A stretch of DNA of 64,000 nt from an uncultured Candidatus Rokubacteria bacterium (lineage in GTDB: Bacteria > Methylomirabilota > Methylomirabilia > Rokubacteriales > CSP1-6), in NCBI GenBank assembly GCA_963758635.1, contig CAVWWD010000007.1, forward strand, positions 416,001 through 480,000, given 5' to 3'. This document shows, in pieces, positions 11,617 to 22,412 of the stretch. Position 1 is the first letter of the stretch. Every line of letters begins with the position of its first letter. The position numbers and the translations under genes were made by a program. Below the pieces are notes generated by a model that was given only the letters and a program-made list of their open reading frames with translations, searched no databases and was not told the DNA's origin.

Positions 11617-13027
11617 ATGCGAGGTCAGCGGCCGGGCCGGGGGCGCATCGCCGGAGGCGCCCGGATCGCGCGGCTCGGCGGCCTCGCCGTCCTGCTGCTC
11701 GCCGCGGCCGCGTGCGACAACGCCAAGGCCGGCAAGGACGCCAAGGGCGCGGGAGCGCCGCCGCCGCCGCCGCCGACGGTGGTGGTCGCCGAGGTGACGC
11801 GGCAGCCGGTGTCGATCAGCCGGGACTTCGTCGCGCGCACCGAGGGCATCCCGACGGTGGACGTGCGCGCGCGCGTGTCCGGCATGCTGGAGCGTGTGCA
11901 CTACAAGGAAGGCAGCGAGGTCAAGCAGGGGCAGATCCTGTTCGAGCTCGAGCGCGCCGAGTACCAGGCCGCGCTCCAGTCCGCGAGGGCCCAGCTCGCC
12001 AAGGCCAACGCCGACCTCACGCGCGCGAAGGACGCCTCGGTGGTGGACAACGCGCGCGCCCAGCTGGAGCAGCGTCGCGCCGATCTGGAAAAGGCCCAGG
12101 CCGACGTCGCCCGGTACGTGCCGCTCGCCGAGGCGCGGGCCATTCCCCAGCAGGACCTGGACACCGCCCGGTCCCAGGAGAAGGTCGCGAGGGCGGGCGT
12201 GGACGTCGGCGACGCGGCGCTCCGTGACACCCAGCTCGTCCAGCGCACCCAGATCCAGCTCGCCGAGGCCGCGGTGGAATCGGCGAAAGCGTCGGTGACG
12301 CAGGCGGAGCTGAACCTGGGCTACACGCGGATCGCCGCGCCGATCAGCGGCATCGTCGGCAAGATCCTGGTCGACCCGGGGAACCTCGTGGGGAAAGCGG
12401 AGCCGACCCTTCTCACTCAGATCTCCGCGGTGGACCCGATCTTCGTCGAGTTCTCGGTGGCCGAGGCCGACTACCTGCGGCTGGCGTCCGAGCCAGAGGA
12501 ACCGGGGCCGGGACGCGGAGCGCCGGCTCGACCTGTTCCTCGCCGACGACACCATGTTCCCGCACAAGGGGCGCTTCGTGTTCGTGGGTCGGGCGTTCGA
12601 CGTGAAGACGGGCACCATCAACATCCAGGCGGAGTTCCCGAATCCGACGCGCGTGCTGCGGCCCGGTCAGTTCGCGCGGGTTCGCGGGGTCGTGGACGAG
12701 CGGCCCGACGCCGTGCTCGTGCCCCAGCGCGCCGTGCAGGAGCAGCAGGGCGCCAAGATCGTCCTGGTCGTGGCCGAGGACAAGGTGGTGTTCAGGCCGG
12801 TGACCCTCGATGAGCGCGTGGGCGACGCCTACATCGTCACGAAGGGCCTCCAGCCGGGCGAGCGCGTCATCGTCGACGGCGTGCAGAAGGTCCGGCCCGG
12901 CATGCAGGTGAAAGCCGAGACCCGCGCGACTCCTCCGCCCACCGCGCCCGCGGCGCCGGCGGCACCCGCCGCGCCAGGCAACACCCCCGGGCCCGCGCCC
13001 GCCGGCAAGGCGAAGGCCGGAGGGTAG
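11617..13027 (+). CDS. RND efflux periplasmic adaptor (MFP) lipoprotein (frameshift ~12490)
   Basis: Lipobox [58 protein letters not shown]. Confidence 0.9.
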
Positions 13028-13031
13028 GGGC

Positions 13032-16000
13032 GTGGCACAGTTCTTCATCCGCCGGCCGATCGTCGCCATCGTCATCTCGATCCTGATGGTGCTGATGGGG
13101 GGCTTCAGCCTCATGCGCCTGCCCTTCGAGCAGTATCCCTTCCTCGCGCCCCCGACAGATTCGCGTGACCGCGAACTACCCCGGCGCGTCCGCCGTGGCC
13201 GTCGAGCAGTCGGTCGCCACGCCGATCGAGCAGGAAGTCAACGGCGTCGATCGGATGATCTACATGCAGTCGTCCAACACGAGCGACGGCCGCATGCTGC
13301 TCGACGTGAACTTCGAGGTGGGCGTCGACCAGGACACGGCCAACGTCCTCACCCAGAACCGCGTCGCCTCCGCCCAGGCCCGGCTGCCCCAGGAGGTGAA
13401 CGCGCAGGGCGTGACGGTGAAGAAGCAGAGCCCGAGCATCCTCATGATCGTGTCCGTCTACTCGCCGAACGGCTCGTACGACGGGAACTACCTGATCAAC
13501 TACTGCGGGATCAACCTGCGGGACCAGCTCCTGCGCATTCCCGGGATCGCGCAGGTCGATCTGTTCGGCGGCACCGACTACGGCATGCGCGTGTGGCTCC
13601 GGCCGGACAAGCTCGCCAAGCTGGGGCTGACGCCGGCCGACGTGATCAACTCCATCAAGGAGCAGAACCTTCAGGCGCCGGCCGGGCGCATCGGGGCCGC
13701 GCCCACCCCCAAGGATCAGCAGTTCACGTTCACGGTGGCCGCGCCGAGCCGCCTCGTCACCACCCAGGAGTTCGAGGACATCATCATCCGCGGCACGGAA
13801 AGCGCCAACCAGATCCGCATCAGGGACGTCGGGCGCGCCGAGCTGGGCTCCCAGGACTACAACTCGTTCGGCCGCCTGGACGGCAAGCCCGCGGGCTCGA
13901 TGGCCGTGTACCTCCTGCCCGGCGCCGACCAGCTCAAGGCGGCCCACGCGATCTACGAGACCATGACCCGGGCCAAGGGCCTCTTCCCGCCCGACATGGA
14001 CTACAAGATCGTCTACGACACCACGCCGGCCGTCGAGGCGTCGATCCACGAGATCGAGAAGACGTTCGTGGAGGCCCTCATCCTCGTCACCCTCGTGGTG
14101 TTCATCTTCCTGCAGAGCCTGCGGGCCACGATCATCCCGCTCCTCACCGTGCCCGTCTCCATCATCGGCACGTTCATCTTCTTCCCGATGCTCGGCTTCT
14201 CGGTGAACACGCTGTCCATGTTCGGCCTCGTCCTCGCCATCGGCATCGTGGTCGACGACGCCATCGTCGTGGTCGAGGCGGTCATGCACCACATCGAGCA
14301 CGGCATGGCGCCGCGCGAGGCCACCATCCAGGCCATGAAGGAGGTGTCCGCGCCGGTCATCGGCATCGCGCTGATCCTGTCCGCGGTGTTCATCCCCGTC
14401 GCGTTCGTGGGCGGTCTCACCGGCCAGATGTACCAGCAGTTCGCCCTGACCATCGCGATCTCCGTGCTGCTCTCCGCGTTCAGCGCGCTGTCGCTCTCGC
14501 CCGCGCTCTGCGCGATGTTCCTCAAGCCCACCCACGGCCCCGGCCGTGGCCCGCTGGGCGCGTTCTTCCGCGGGTTCAACTGGGTGTTCGACAAGACGAC
14601 GGCCGGCTACATGAGCGTCGCGCGGCATCCTCGTCCGGAAGGCCATCCTCACCATCCTGCTCGTGGCCGTGGTGGCGGTGGGCGCCGGCCTCTTCGGGCG
14701 CGCGCTGCCCGCGGGCTTCATTCCCGACGAGGACCAGAGCCTCATCGGCGTCAACCTCCAGCTGCCGCCGGGCGCGTCGCTCGAGCGGACGGGCGCGCTC
14801 CTCACCCAGGTCGAGCAGATCGTGGCGAAGACGCCCGGCGTGGACTCGTTCGCCACCGTCGGCGGCTTCGGCGTCGTGACCAATACCTTCCAGCCGAACT
14901 TCGGCACGATCTTCGTCCGGCTGAAGCCCTGGGACGAGCGCAAGACCCCGAGCTGCACGCCAAGGGCATCATGGCCGCGGTGGGGCGGGAGGTGTCGCAG
15001 ATCCCCGAGGCGATCATCTTCCCGTTCAACATCCCGACCATCTCCGGGTTCGGCGCGTCCGCCGGCTTCAAGTTCCTGCTCCAGGACCGGAGCGGCACGC
15101 TCTCGGTGGAGCAGCTCGGCGAGCAGGCCCGGACGTTCCTGGCCGGCGGCGCGCCAGCGACCGGAGCTGGCGAGCGTCTTCTCGTCGTTCGATCCGAACT
15201 ACCCGCAGATCAGGGTCGAGCTGGACCGGGAGAAGGCCAGGAGCCTCGGCGTGCCCATCAACGAGGCGTTCCAGGCGATGTCGGCCTCGCTCGGCGGCAG
15301 CTACGTGAACGACTTCAACCGGTTCGGCCGGCTGTACCGGGTCTACGTCCAGTCCGAGGCCGACTATCGGCGGAAGCCCGGAGACATCGGCGAGGTCTAC
15401 GTCCGGAGCCGGACCACCAACACCATGATCCCGCTCTCGACGCTCGTGTCGATCGACGCGGTCGCGGGGACGGAGATCACCACGCGCTTCAACCTGTTCC
15501 GCTCGGTGGACATCAGCGGAGCGCCGGCGCGCGGCTACACGTCCGGTCAGGCCCTCGCCGCCCTCGAAGAGGTGTTCGCGGCGAAGATGCCGAAGGAGAT
15601 GGGGTTCGCGTACTCGAGCCTGTCCTACCAGGAGAAGACGGCGCCGCCCGCCGCGCCCACGTTCATCCTGGCCATCGTCTTCGTGTTCCTCCTGCTCGCC
15701 GCCATGTACGAGAGCTGGCGGCTGCCGTGGGCCGTGCTGCTCGGCTCGCCCCTCGTCGCCCTCGGCGCGTTCCTCGGCGTGTGGCTGATGGGCTACGACA
15801 ACAACGTCTACGTCCAGATCGGTCTGATCATGCTCGTCGGCCTCGCCGCCAAGAACGCCATCCTGATCGTCGAGTTCGCCAAGGCGAAGCACGATGTCGA
15901 GGGCATGTCCTTCGAGGACGCCGCGCTCGAGTCGGCGCGGCTCCGCTTCCGGCCGATCCTGATGACGGCCTTCGCCTTCATCCTCGGCGTGGTGCCGCTG

Positions 16001-16224
16001 ATGCTCGCGAGCGGGGCCGGCTCCGGCGCTCAGAACGTCATGGGCACCGCGGTGTTCTGGGGCATGCTCGTCGCCACCGCGCTGGGCGTCTTCCTCATCC
16101 CCGGCAACTTCGCGTTCGTCGAGCAGCTCGGCCGCTCGCGCGCGAAGCAGCCGGCCCCGACGCCGGCCCGGGCGGCCCGCCGGGCGCGCCCGGCGCCGGC
16201 TGCGGCGGGGGAGACCACTCGTGA
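13032..16224 (+). CDS. HAE1 RND efflux permease, AcrB/MexB-like (frameshifts ~13155, 14625, 14945, 15145)
   Basis: FFIRRPIVAIVISI, LAIGIVVDDAIVVVE, GLAAKNAILIVEFA, RFRPILMT. Confidence 0.92.
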
Positions 16225-17621
16225 GGCGCCTGCTCGCCGTCCGCCTTGCTCGGGCTCGTGGCCGCGGGCTGCACCGTGGGCCCGGACTTCCAACGCCCGG
16301 AGTCGACGGCGCCCGCCGACTACCGCGGGCGCGGAGCCGAGTACCCGGCCGGCCCCGCCTCGCTCGGGGACCTGCCCTGGTGGGAGATCTTCGGCGATCC
16401 GGTGCTGCAGGAGCTGATCCGGGAGGCGCTGCGCCAGAACTACGACCTGCGGGTGGCGGCCTCGCGCATCGTCGACGCCCGAGCCCAGGTCACGATCGCC
16501 CGGTCGTTCCAGTTCCCCGAGCTGAGGGGATCGGGCGGCGGCGTGTACTCGCGGGTCGAAGGGGATCGCGACCCGAGCCAGTTCCGGGAGACCTTCGTTC
16601 CCGCGCGGGGGTTCGACCTGACGTACGAGATCGACTTCTGGGGCCGCTTCCGTCGGTCCTCCGAGGCCGCGCGGGCCGAGCTGCTCGCGACGGAGGCCGG
16701 ACGGCGCTTCGTGCTCCTCACGCTGGTGAGCGACGTGGCCGCGACGTACTTCAACCTGCGCGACCTGGACGAGGAGCTCGAGGTGGCCCGCCGCACCCTG
16801 GCCAGCCGCCGCGACTCGCTGCGCCTGGTCAGCCTTCGCGAGCAGGGCGGCGTGGCCGCGCTCATCGACGTGCGCCAGTCCGAGATCCTCGTCGCCCAGG
16901 CCGCGGAGACCGCTGCCCGACGTCGAGCGTCAGATCGCCCAGACCGAGAACGCGCTCGCCGTGCTGCTCGGCCGGAACCCCGCCGACGTGCCGCGCGGCC
17001 GGCCGATCGAGCAGCAGGTCACGCTTCCCGCGCTGCCGGCGGGCGTGCCGTCCGCGCTCCTCGAGCGCCGGCCGGACATCGTCCAGGCCGAGGCGCGGCT
17101 CGCGGCCGAGACGGCGCGTATCGGGGTGGCCAAGAGCGAGTACTTCCCCCGCGTGTTCCTCACCGGCAGCGCCGGCGGCGGGTGGTATCTACGTCAACGG
17201 GAGCTGGGCGGGGCCGCAGGGGCTCTTCGCCATCGGCCCCTCGTTCACGGTGCCGCTCTTCAACTGGGGACGGGTGGACGCTGGCGTCGACTCCGCCGAG
17301 GCGCGCGCGCAGGCGGCGCTGGACCAGTATCGGCAGACCGTGGTCCAGGCGTTCCGGGAGGTGTCCGACGCCCTCGTGGAGCACCAGAAGCGCCGCGAGT
17401 TCCGGATCCAGCAGGAGATCCTGACCGTGGCCGCGCGCGACACCGCGCGGCTCGCGGACATCCGGTACCGCGGCGGCGTGTCGACCTACCTGGAAGTGCT
17501 GGACAGCGAGCGCCAGCTCTTCGACGCCGAGCTGGGCGTGGTGCGGACGCGGCGCGACGAGCTCGTGGCCGTCGTCCGCCTGTACAAGGCGCTCGGCGGA
17601 GGCTGGCAGGAGCCGCAGTGA
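16221..17621 (+). CDS. NodT/OprM-family outer membrane efflux lipoprotein (frameshifts ~16245, 16915, 17180)
   Basis: AAGCTVGPDFQRP, YEIDFWGRFRR, LLERRPDIVQAE, VRLYKALGGGW. Confidence 0.9.
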   Translation: MRRLLAVRLARARGRGLHRGPGLPTPGVDGARRLPRARSRVPGRPRLARGPALVGDLRRSGAAGADPGGAAPELRPAGGGLAHRRRPSPGHDRPVVPVPRAEGIGRRRVLAGRRGSRPEPVPGDLRSRAGVRPDVRDRLLGPLPSVLRGRAGRAARDGGRTALRAPHAGERRGRDVLQPARPGRGARGGPPHPGQPPRLAAPGQPSRAGRRGRAHRRAPVRDPRRPGRGDRCPTSSVRSPRPRTRSPCCSAGTPPTCRAAGRSSSRSRFPRCRRACRPRSSSAGRTSSRPRRGSRPRRRVSGWPRASTSPACSSPAAPAAGGIYVNGSWAGPQGLFAIGPSFTVPLFNWGRVDAGVDSAEARAQAALDQYRQTVVQAFREVSDALVEHQKRREFRIQQEILTVAARDTARLADIRYRGGVSTYLEVLDSERQLFDAELGVVRTRRDELVAVVRLYKALGGGWQEPQ

Positions 17622-17788
17622 GCGGCCGCCGCGGGTCGGGGCGGTCCAGTGAGCAGAACGGCCGGATGTGGGCCACCGTGGGCGAGGACGACGGGGCCAT
17701 CGTCCTGTCGGGGGCCTGCATCGCCCCGTAGCGGGGGCGGGGAGGTACGGGTGCTCCGTGACCTCCGCCACGCGAGGGGGAGCTGCCG

Positions 17789-18391
17789 TTGAAGCGCCGG
17801 ATCGCCAGGGCCATCGCGTTGACGGTGGCCGTCCTCGCCGTGGTGGTGGTCACCGCGTGGGGAGCGCTGGCCCTCTACTACCTGGCGCCCGCGTCCGAGG
17901 GAGTGCGCCGGCCGCTGGCCTGGATCGTCGCCGCGCTCGGGCTTGCCCTGGTGACGGCGCTCCTCGCGGGGCGGTGGCGCGTGCCGGCCGCGCGCGACGC
18001 GATCCGGGTCCGCACCAACTACCGGAGATCGCCGCCCGAGGACCTGTACGTCTTCCGGGTCACCGCGCCCATCGACAACGGCCGGCGCATGTTCCTGCGC
18101 TACATGAGGGACATCAACTGGATCGCCGCCCGTCCCCGCTTCTACAACACCCTCACGACGAACTGCACCACCATGATCCTCACCCACGCCGCCGTGAATC
18201 CGGGCGCGGTGCCGTACTCGTGGAAGATCCTCCTGAGCGGGTACGCGCCGGAGTACGCGTACGAGCAGGGGCGGCTGGACCGAAGCATGCCGTTTTCCGA
18301 GCTCATGCGGCGGAGCCACATCAACGCGGCGGCGCAGGCCGCGGACCAGGCGCCGGACTTCTCCCGCCGGATCCGGGCGGCGCTTCCCTGA
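17789..18391 (+). pseudogene. DUF4105/Lnb-like membrane protein with an apparent in-frame internal deletion
   Basis: N-terminal TM helices are joined directly to RDAIRVRTNYRRSPPEDLYVFR...PRFYNTLTTNCTT...WKILLSGY. The central periplasmic part expected for the family is absent. Confidence 0.6.
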
Positions 18392-18418
18392 CCGGCGGCG
18401 CGAGACGAAGGTGACGTG

Positions 18419-18695
18419 ATGCCCATCAAGAGCTATCTGGCGTACCCGGTGAGGGGCGGGCAGGACGATCTCGCCGCGGCCCTGCGCGCGCTGCGGCGGC
18501 TGTGAGGTCGTGCCCGCCACCAACCGCGAGGTCCTCGTCGTCGTCACCGACACGCCGGACGAGGCCGCGGAGGAGGCGCTCCAGCGCGCGCTGGTCCTGG
18601 TGCCCGGCATCGAGGCGCTCGCGCTGGTGGCCGGCGTGGACGATGCCGCCGCCGAGCCCGCCCGCCCGCAGGAGGCCCATCATGACCCGTCGTGA
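18419..18695 (+). CDS. napD: NapD-like chaperone (frameshift ~18495)
   Basis: MPIKSYLAYP...LAAALRAL / GCEVVPATNREVLVVVTDTPDEAAEE. Small ferredoxin-like protein overlapping the napA start. Confidence 0.6.
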
Positions 18696-20989
18696 GCTGC
18701 TCAGGTCGATGGTCGCGAGCGCCGCGGTGACCGCGGCCGAGGCCATGTTCCCCGGCGTCGTCTTCGCGGCGCCCGGAGATCCCCCGGCCTCGCCGCCCGG
18801 CGTCGCGTGGCGGAAGACCCCGTGCCGCTTCTGCGGGGTCGGCTGCGGGCTTGCTCGTGGGGATCGCCGATGGGCGCGCGGTCGCGGTGAAGGGCGACCC
18901 CGCCAGCCCGGTCAACCGCGGTCTCTGCTGCGTGAAGGGCTATCACTCGGTGATGGCGCTGTACGGCAAGGACCGGCTCACGCGGGCGCTGGTGCGCAAG
19001 GACGGCAAGCTCGTCCCCGTCCCCATGAAGGAGGCCCTGGACCTCGTCGCGTCGAAGATGGCGGAGACCATCAAGGCCCACGGCAAGGACGCGGTCGCCA
19101 TGTACGGATCGGGGCAGTGGACCATTCCCGACGGCTACGTCGCCTCCAAGCTCATGAAGGGCGCCATCGGCACCAACAACCTCGAGGCCAACGCGCGCCT
19201 GTGCATGTCGAGCGCGGTCACGGGCTTCATGACGAGCTTCGGCCTCGACGAGCCCATGGGCTGCTACGACGACATCGACCACGCCGACACGTTCGTGCTG
19301 TGGGGGAACAACATGGCCGAGATGCACCCGGTCCTGTTCTCCCGCCTCCTCGAGCGGCGGCTGAAGAACCCCGACGTCAAGATCATCGACCTCGCCACGC
19401 GCTGGACGCGCACCAGCATGGCCGCCGACCGGAGCATCCTGTTCAAGCCCCAGACCGACCTCGCCATCGCCAACGCCATCTGCCACGAGATCTTCCGGAA
19501 CGACTGGGTGCACGCCACCTTCGTCCGCGACCACGTGTCCTTCCACGAGGGCAAGACGAACATCGGCTACGGGCTCGAGGACAAGTTCACGTTCAAGGAC
19601 GAGCCGAAGGACATCACGCTCGCGCGGTACCGCGAGCTGCTCGCCGAGTATTCCGTCGAGAAGGTGGAGCCCCTGTCCGGCGTGCCCGCGCGCGAGCTTC
19701 GCTACCTCGCATCGCTTTACGGGGATCCGAAGCGCAAGGTCATGAGCTTCTGGTGCATGGGGTTCAACCAGCACACGCGCGGGACGTGGATCAACAACCT
19801 GATCTACAACATCCACCTGCTGGTGGGAAAGATCGCGACGCCGGGCAATAGCCCGTTCTCCCTCACCGGCCAGCCCAGCGCCTGCGGCACCGTGCGCGAG
19901 GTCGGGACGCTGACGAATCGGCTGCCCCACGGCGAGGTGACCGACGAGAAGTCGCGCAAGCTCGCCGCGGACATCTGGGGCGTGCCGATCGAGCGCATCT
20001 CCGCCAAGCCCACCTACAACACCATCGAGATGTTCCGGGCGCTGGACCGCGGGGACATTCGCTTCGTGTGGATCCAGGTCACGAACCCCATGCTGACCCT
20101 GCCCAAGCTCCGCCGCTACCGCGACGCGCTCAAGAAGGACGACCGCTTCGTGGTGGTCTCCGACGTTTACCCCACGCCCACGACGGACGTGGCCGACGTG
20201 GTCCTGCCCGCGGCGATGTGGATCGAGCGCGAGGGCATGTGGGGCAACTCGGAGCGGCGCACCCAGCACTTCGACCGGATGCTGACGCCGCCCGGCGAGG
20301 CCATGTCGGACACCTGGCAGATGATCGAGGTGGCGCGGCGCATGGGCTTCGAGAAGCTCTTCCCGTGGAGCGAGGCCACGCACGTCCAGGAGATCTGGAA
20401 GGAGTACTCGCGCTTCCAGCACGGGCCCGACCACGAGATGGCCCCCTACGAGGAGCTGAAGAAGCGGCCCGGCGTCATGTGGCCCTTCGTGAACGGCAAG
20501 GAGACCAAGTGGCGGTACAACGGGCAGCACGATCCTGCCGCCAAGGCGCCGTTCGACTTCTACGGCAAGCCCGACCATCGCGCCTGGATCTGGTTCCGTC
20601 CCTACGAGGCGCCGCCCGAGGTGCCTGACGCGCAGTACCCGTTCTGGCTGAACACGGGCCGCGTCCTCGAGCACTGGCACTCGGGCTCCCTGACCCGGCG
20701 CGTCCCCGTCCTGCACCAGGCCGTGCCCGCCGCGTACGTGGAATTGCATCCGAGCGACGCCCGCCGGCTCGGCGTCGGCAACGGCGATCGCGTGCGCCTG
20801 GTCACGCGCCGGGGCGCCCTGGTCCTGCCCGCCCAGATCGACGGGCGCGCGCGGCCCCCCGAGGGCCAGGTGTTCGTGCCGTTCTTCGACGAGGGCCTCC
20901 TGATCAACGAGCTGACGCTGGACGCCTTCTGCCCCATCTCCGGCCAGCCCGACTACAAGAAGTGCGCGGTCAAGGTGGAGCGGGCCTGA
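18682..20989 (+). CDS. napA: Periplasmic nitrate reductase catalytic subunit (frameshift ~18850)
   Basis: Tat signal MTRRELL, CRFCGVGC...C 4Fe-4S motif, YGSGQWTI, NARLCMSSA (Mo-ligand Cys), SLTGQPSACGTVREVG, GRVLEHWHSG, PDYKKCAVKV. Confidence 0.92.
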
Positions 20990-21005
20990 GGGCAGCGCCG
21001 CCGTC

Positions 21006-21735
21006 ATGACCTCGGTGAACCCGTCGCGGTATTTCCTGATCGGGCTCGGCGTGCTGCTGATGGCGGCGCTGGTCGTCGTCGTGGGATTGAGCATCACCGC
21101 GGGGGAGCGGCCGGCGCGCGTGATGCCGGTGCAGGCCGCGGCGACGCCCACGCTGCCGTCGGAGGCCGGCATGTACGCGCGCGTGGACGCGGCCGCGGAG
21201 TACGCGGCCATGCCGCGCGAGGCGAACCGCAAGCGCACGCGCGCCGTCTACTACGCGCGTCGGGCCTATCCGGGCGCGCCACCGGTCATCCCTCACGCGG
21301 TCGACGAGCGCGACGCCGGCGGCCGGCTCTGCCTGGCCTGCCACGGCGACGGGGGCTGGGCCCCGCGCTTCGACGCCTACGCGCCCGTCACGCCGCATCC
21401 CGAGCTGATCTCCTGCCGGCAGTGCCACGTCCCCGTCTCGTCCACCGGGGCGGAGGGGCGCGTGAGGGGGGAGGGCGTGGGTCTCGTGAGGGGGTCCGCG
21501 AGCGGCTGGCAGACGACGGCGCCGCCCGCCCTCCGGGGCGGGGTCATGCCGGGCAGCCCCCCGCCCATCCCGCACGCGTTGCAGATGCGGGAGAACTGCC
21601 GCGCGTGTCACGCGGGCCCCGGGGCGGTGGACGAGCTCCGCACCAGCCACCCGGAGCGCGTGACCTGCCGGCAATGCCACGCCCTCGGCGCGCCGCCGGC
21701 GGCGGCCTTCGCGCGGCCCGGAGGGCGGGCGATGA
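21006..21735 (+). CDS. Membrane-anchored tetraheme cytochrome c with two NapB-like repeats
   Basis: N-terminal TM helix, RRAYPGAPPVIPH, CLACH, CRQCH, PPPIPH, CRACH, CRQCH. Reads in frame into the next cytochrome; a real stop probably lies at the GCGATGA overlap. Confidence 0.75.
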
Positions 21736-22412
21736 GGCTCGTGAGCCTCGCGCATCAGACCAATGCCGAGCGGTGGGACTATAGGGGCCCGTGGCGTTAC
21801 CGTACCCTGCGAGGGTCACTCGCCGCGCTCGTGGCCGCGACGCTCTTCCTCGCGGCGTGCCAGGAGGAGCCGGCCCGGACGCCGGTGCTGCGGATCACGG
21901 AGCGCGCCCAGGCCCCGAACCCGAACGCGGGGCTCAGCACGGAGGCGTACCTGGCGGGTGCGCCGCGGGTGGAAGCCGCGGGCTATCCCGACCGTCCGCC
22001 GTTCTTCGTCCTCGCCCGCATGCCCGCCATCGAGAAGTTCCCGTGCGTCACCTGCCACACCGTCCCGCTGGAACGGATGCGCGGGCCCGCCGGCTCGCCC
22101 CGGCGCGCGCACTGGGGCGTGACGCTGCGGCACGCGCCGGCGGCGGTGATGAGCTGCGCGACGTGCCACACGCCCGACACCCCCGACACGTTGCGCACCC
22201 TCGAGCGCGAGCCGATCGACTTCGATCACAGCTATCAGGTGTGCGCCCAGTGCCACAGCCGCCAGGCGAGCGACTGGGCGAGCGGCGCGCACGGCAAGCG
22301 CGTGGGCGGATGGGCGCCGCCGCGGGTGGTCTTCGCCTGCGCCCACTGCCACAACCCGCATCAGCCGCGATGGGACACCAGGTGGCCCGCCGTGGCCGGG
22401 AGGCAGCAATGA
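21732..22412 (+). CDS. Tetraheme cytochrome c lipoprotein (carries in-frame MITE in its signal peptide)
   Basis: Lipobox LFLAAC. CVTCH, CATCH, CAQCH, CAHCH; DWASGAHGKRVGGW; CHNPH. Confidence 0.8.
   Translation: MRLVSLAHQTNAERWDYRGPWRYRTLRGSLAALVAATLFLAACQEEPARTPVLRITERAQAPNPNAGLSTEAYLAGAPRVEAAGYPDRPPFFVLARMPAIEKFPCVTCHTVPLERMRGPAGSPRRAHWGVTLRHAPAAVMSCATCHTPDTPDTLRTLEREPIDFDHSYQVCAQCHSRQASDWASGAHGKRVGGWAPPRVVFACAHCHNPHQPRWDTRWPAVAGRQQ
21742..21818 (+). mobile_element. MITE-like element copy 1 (77 bp, CTCG target duplication)
   Basis: Ends TGAGCCTCGC...GCGAGGGTCA form an imperfect inverted repeat. Flanked by CTCG at 21738-21741 and 21819-21822. Homologous to copies at 32365 and 36391. Confidence 0.85.

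Noticed and set aside
12925..13010. GC-rich short repeats
   Set aside because: They encode a Pro/Ala low-complexity tail of the efflux adaptor, not a DNA element.
21006..22412. Single octaheme cytochrome (468-aa ORF)
   Set aside because: An internal ATG with its own lipoprotein signal and a GCGATGA overlap at 21729-21735 suggests two genes merged by a one-base indel in GGGCGGGCG.
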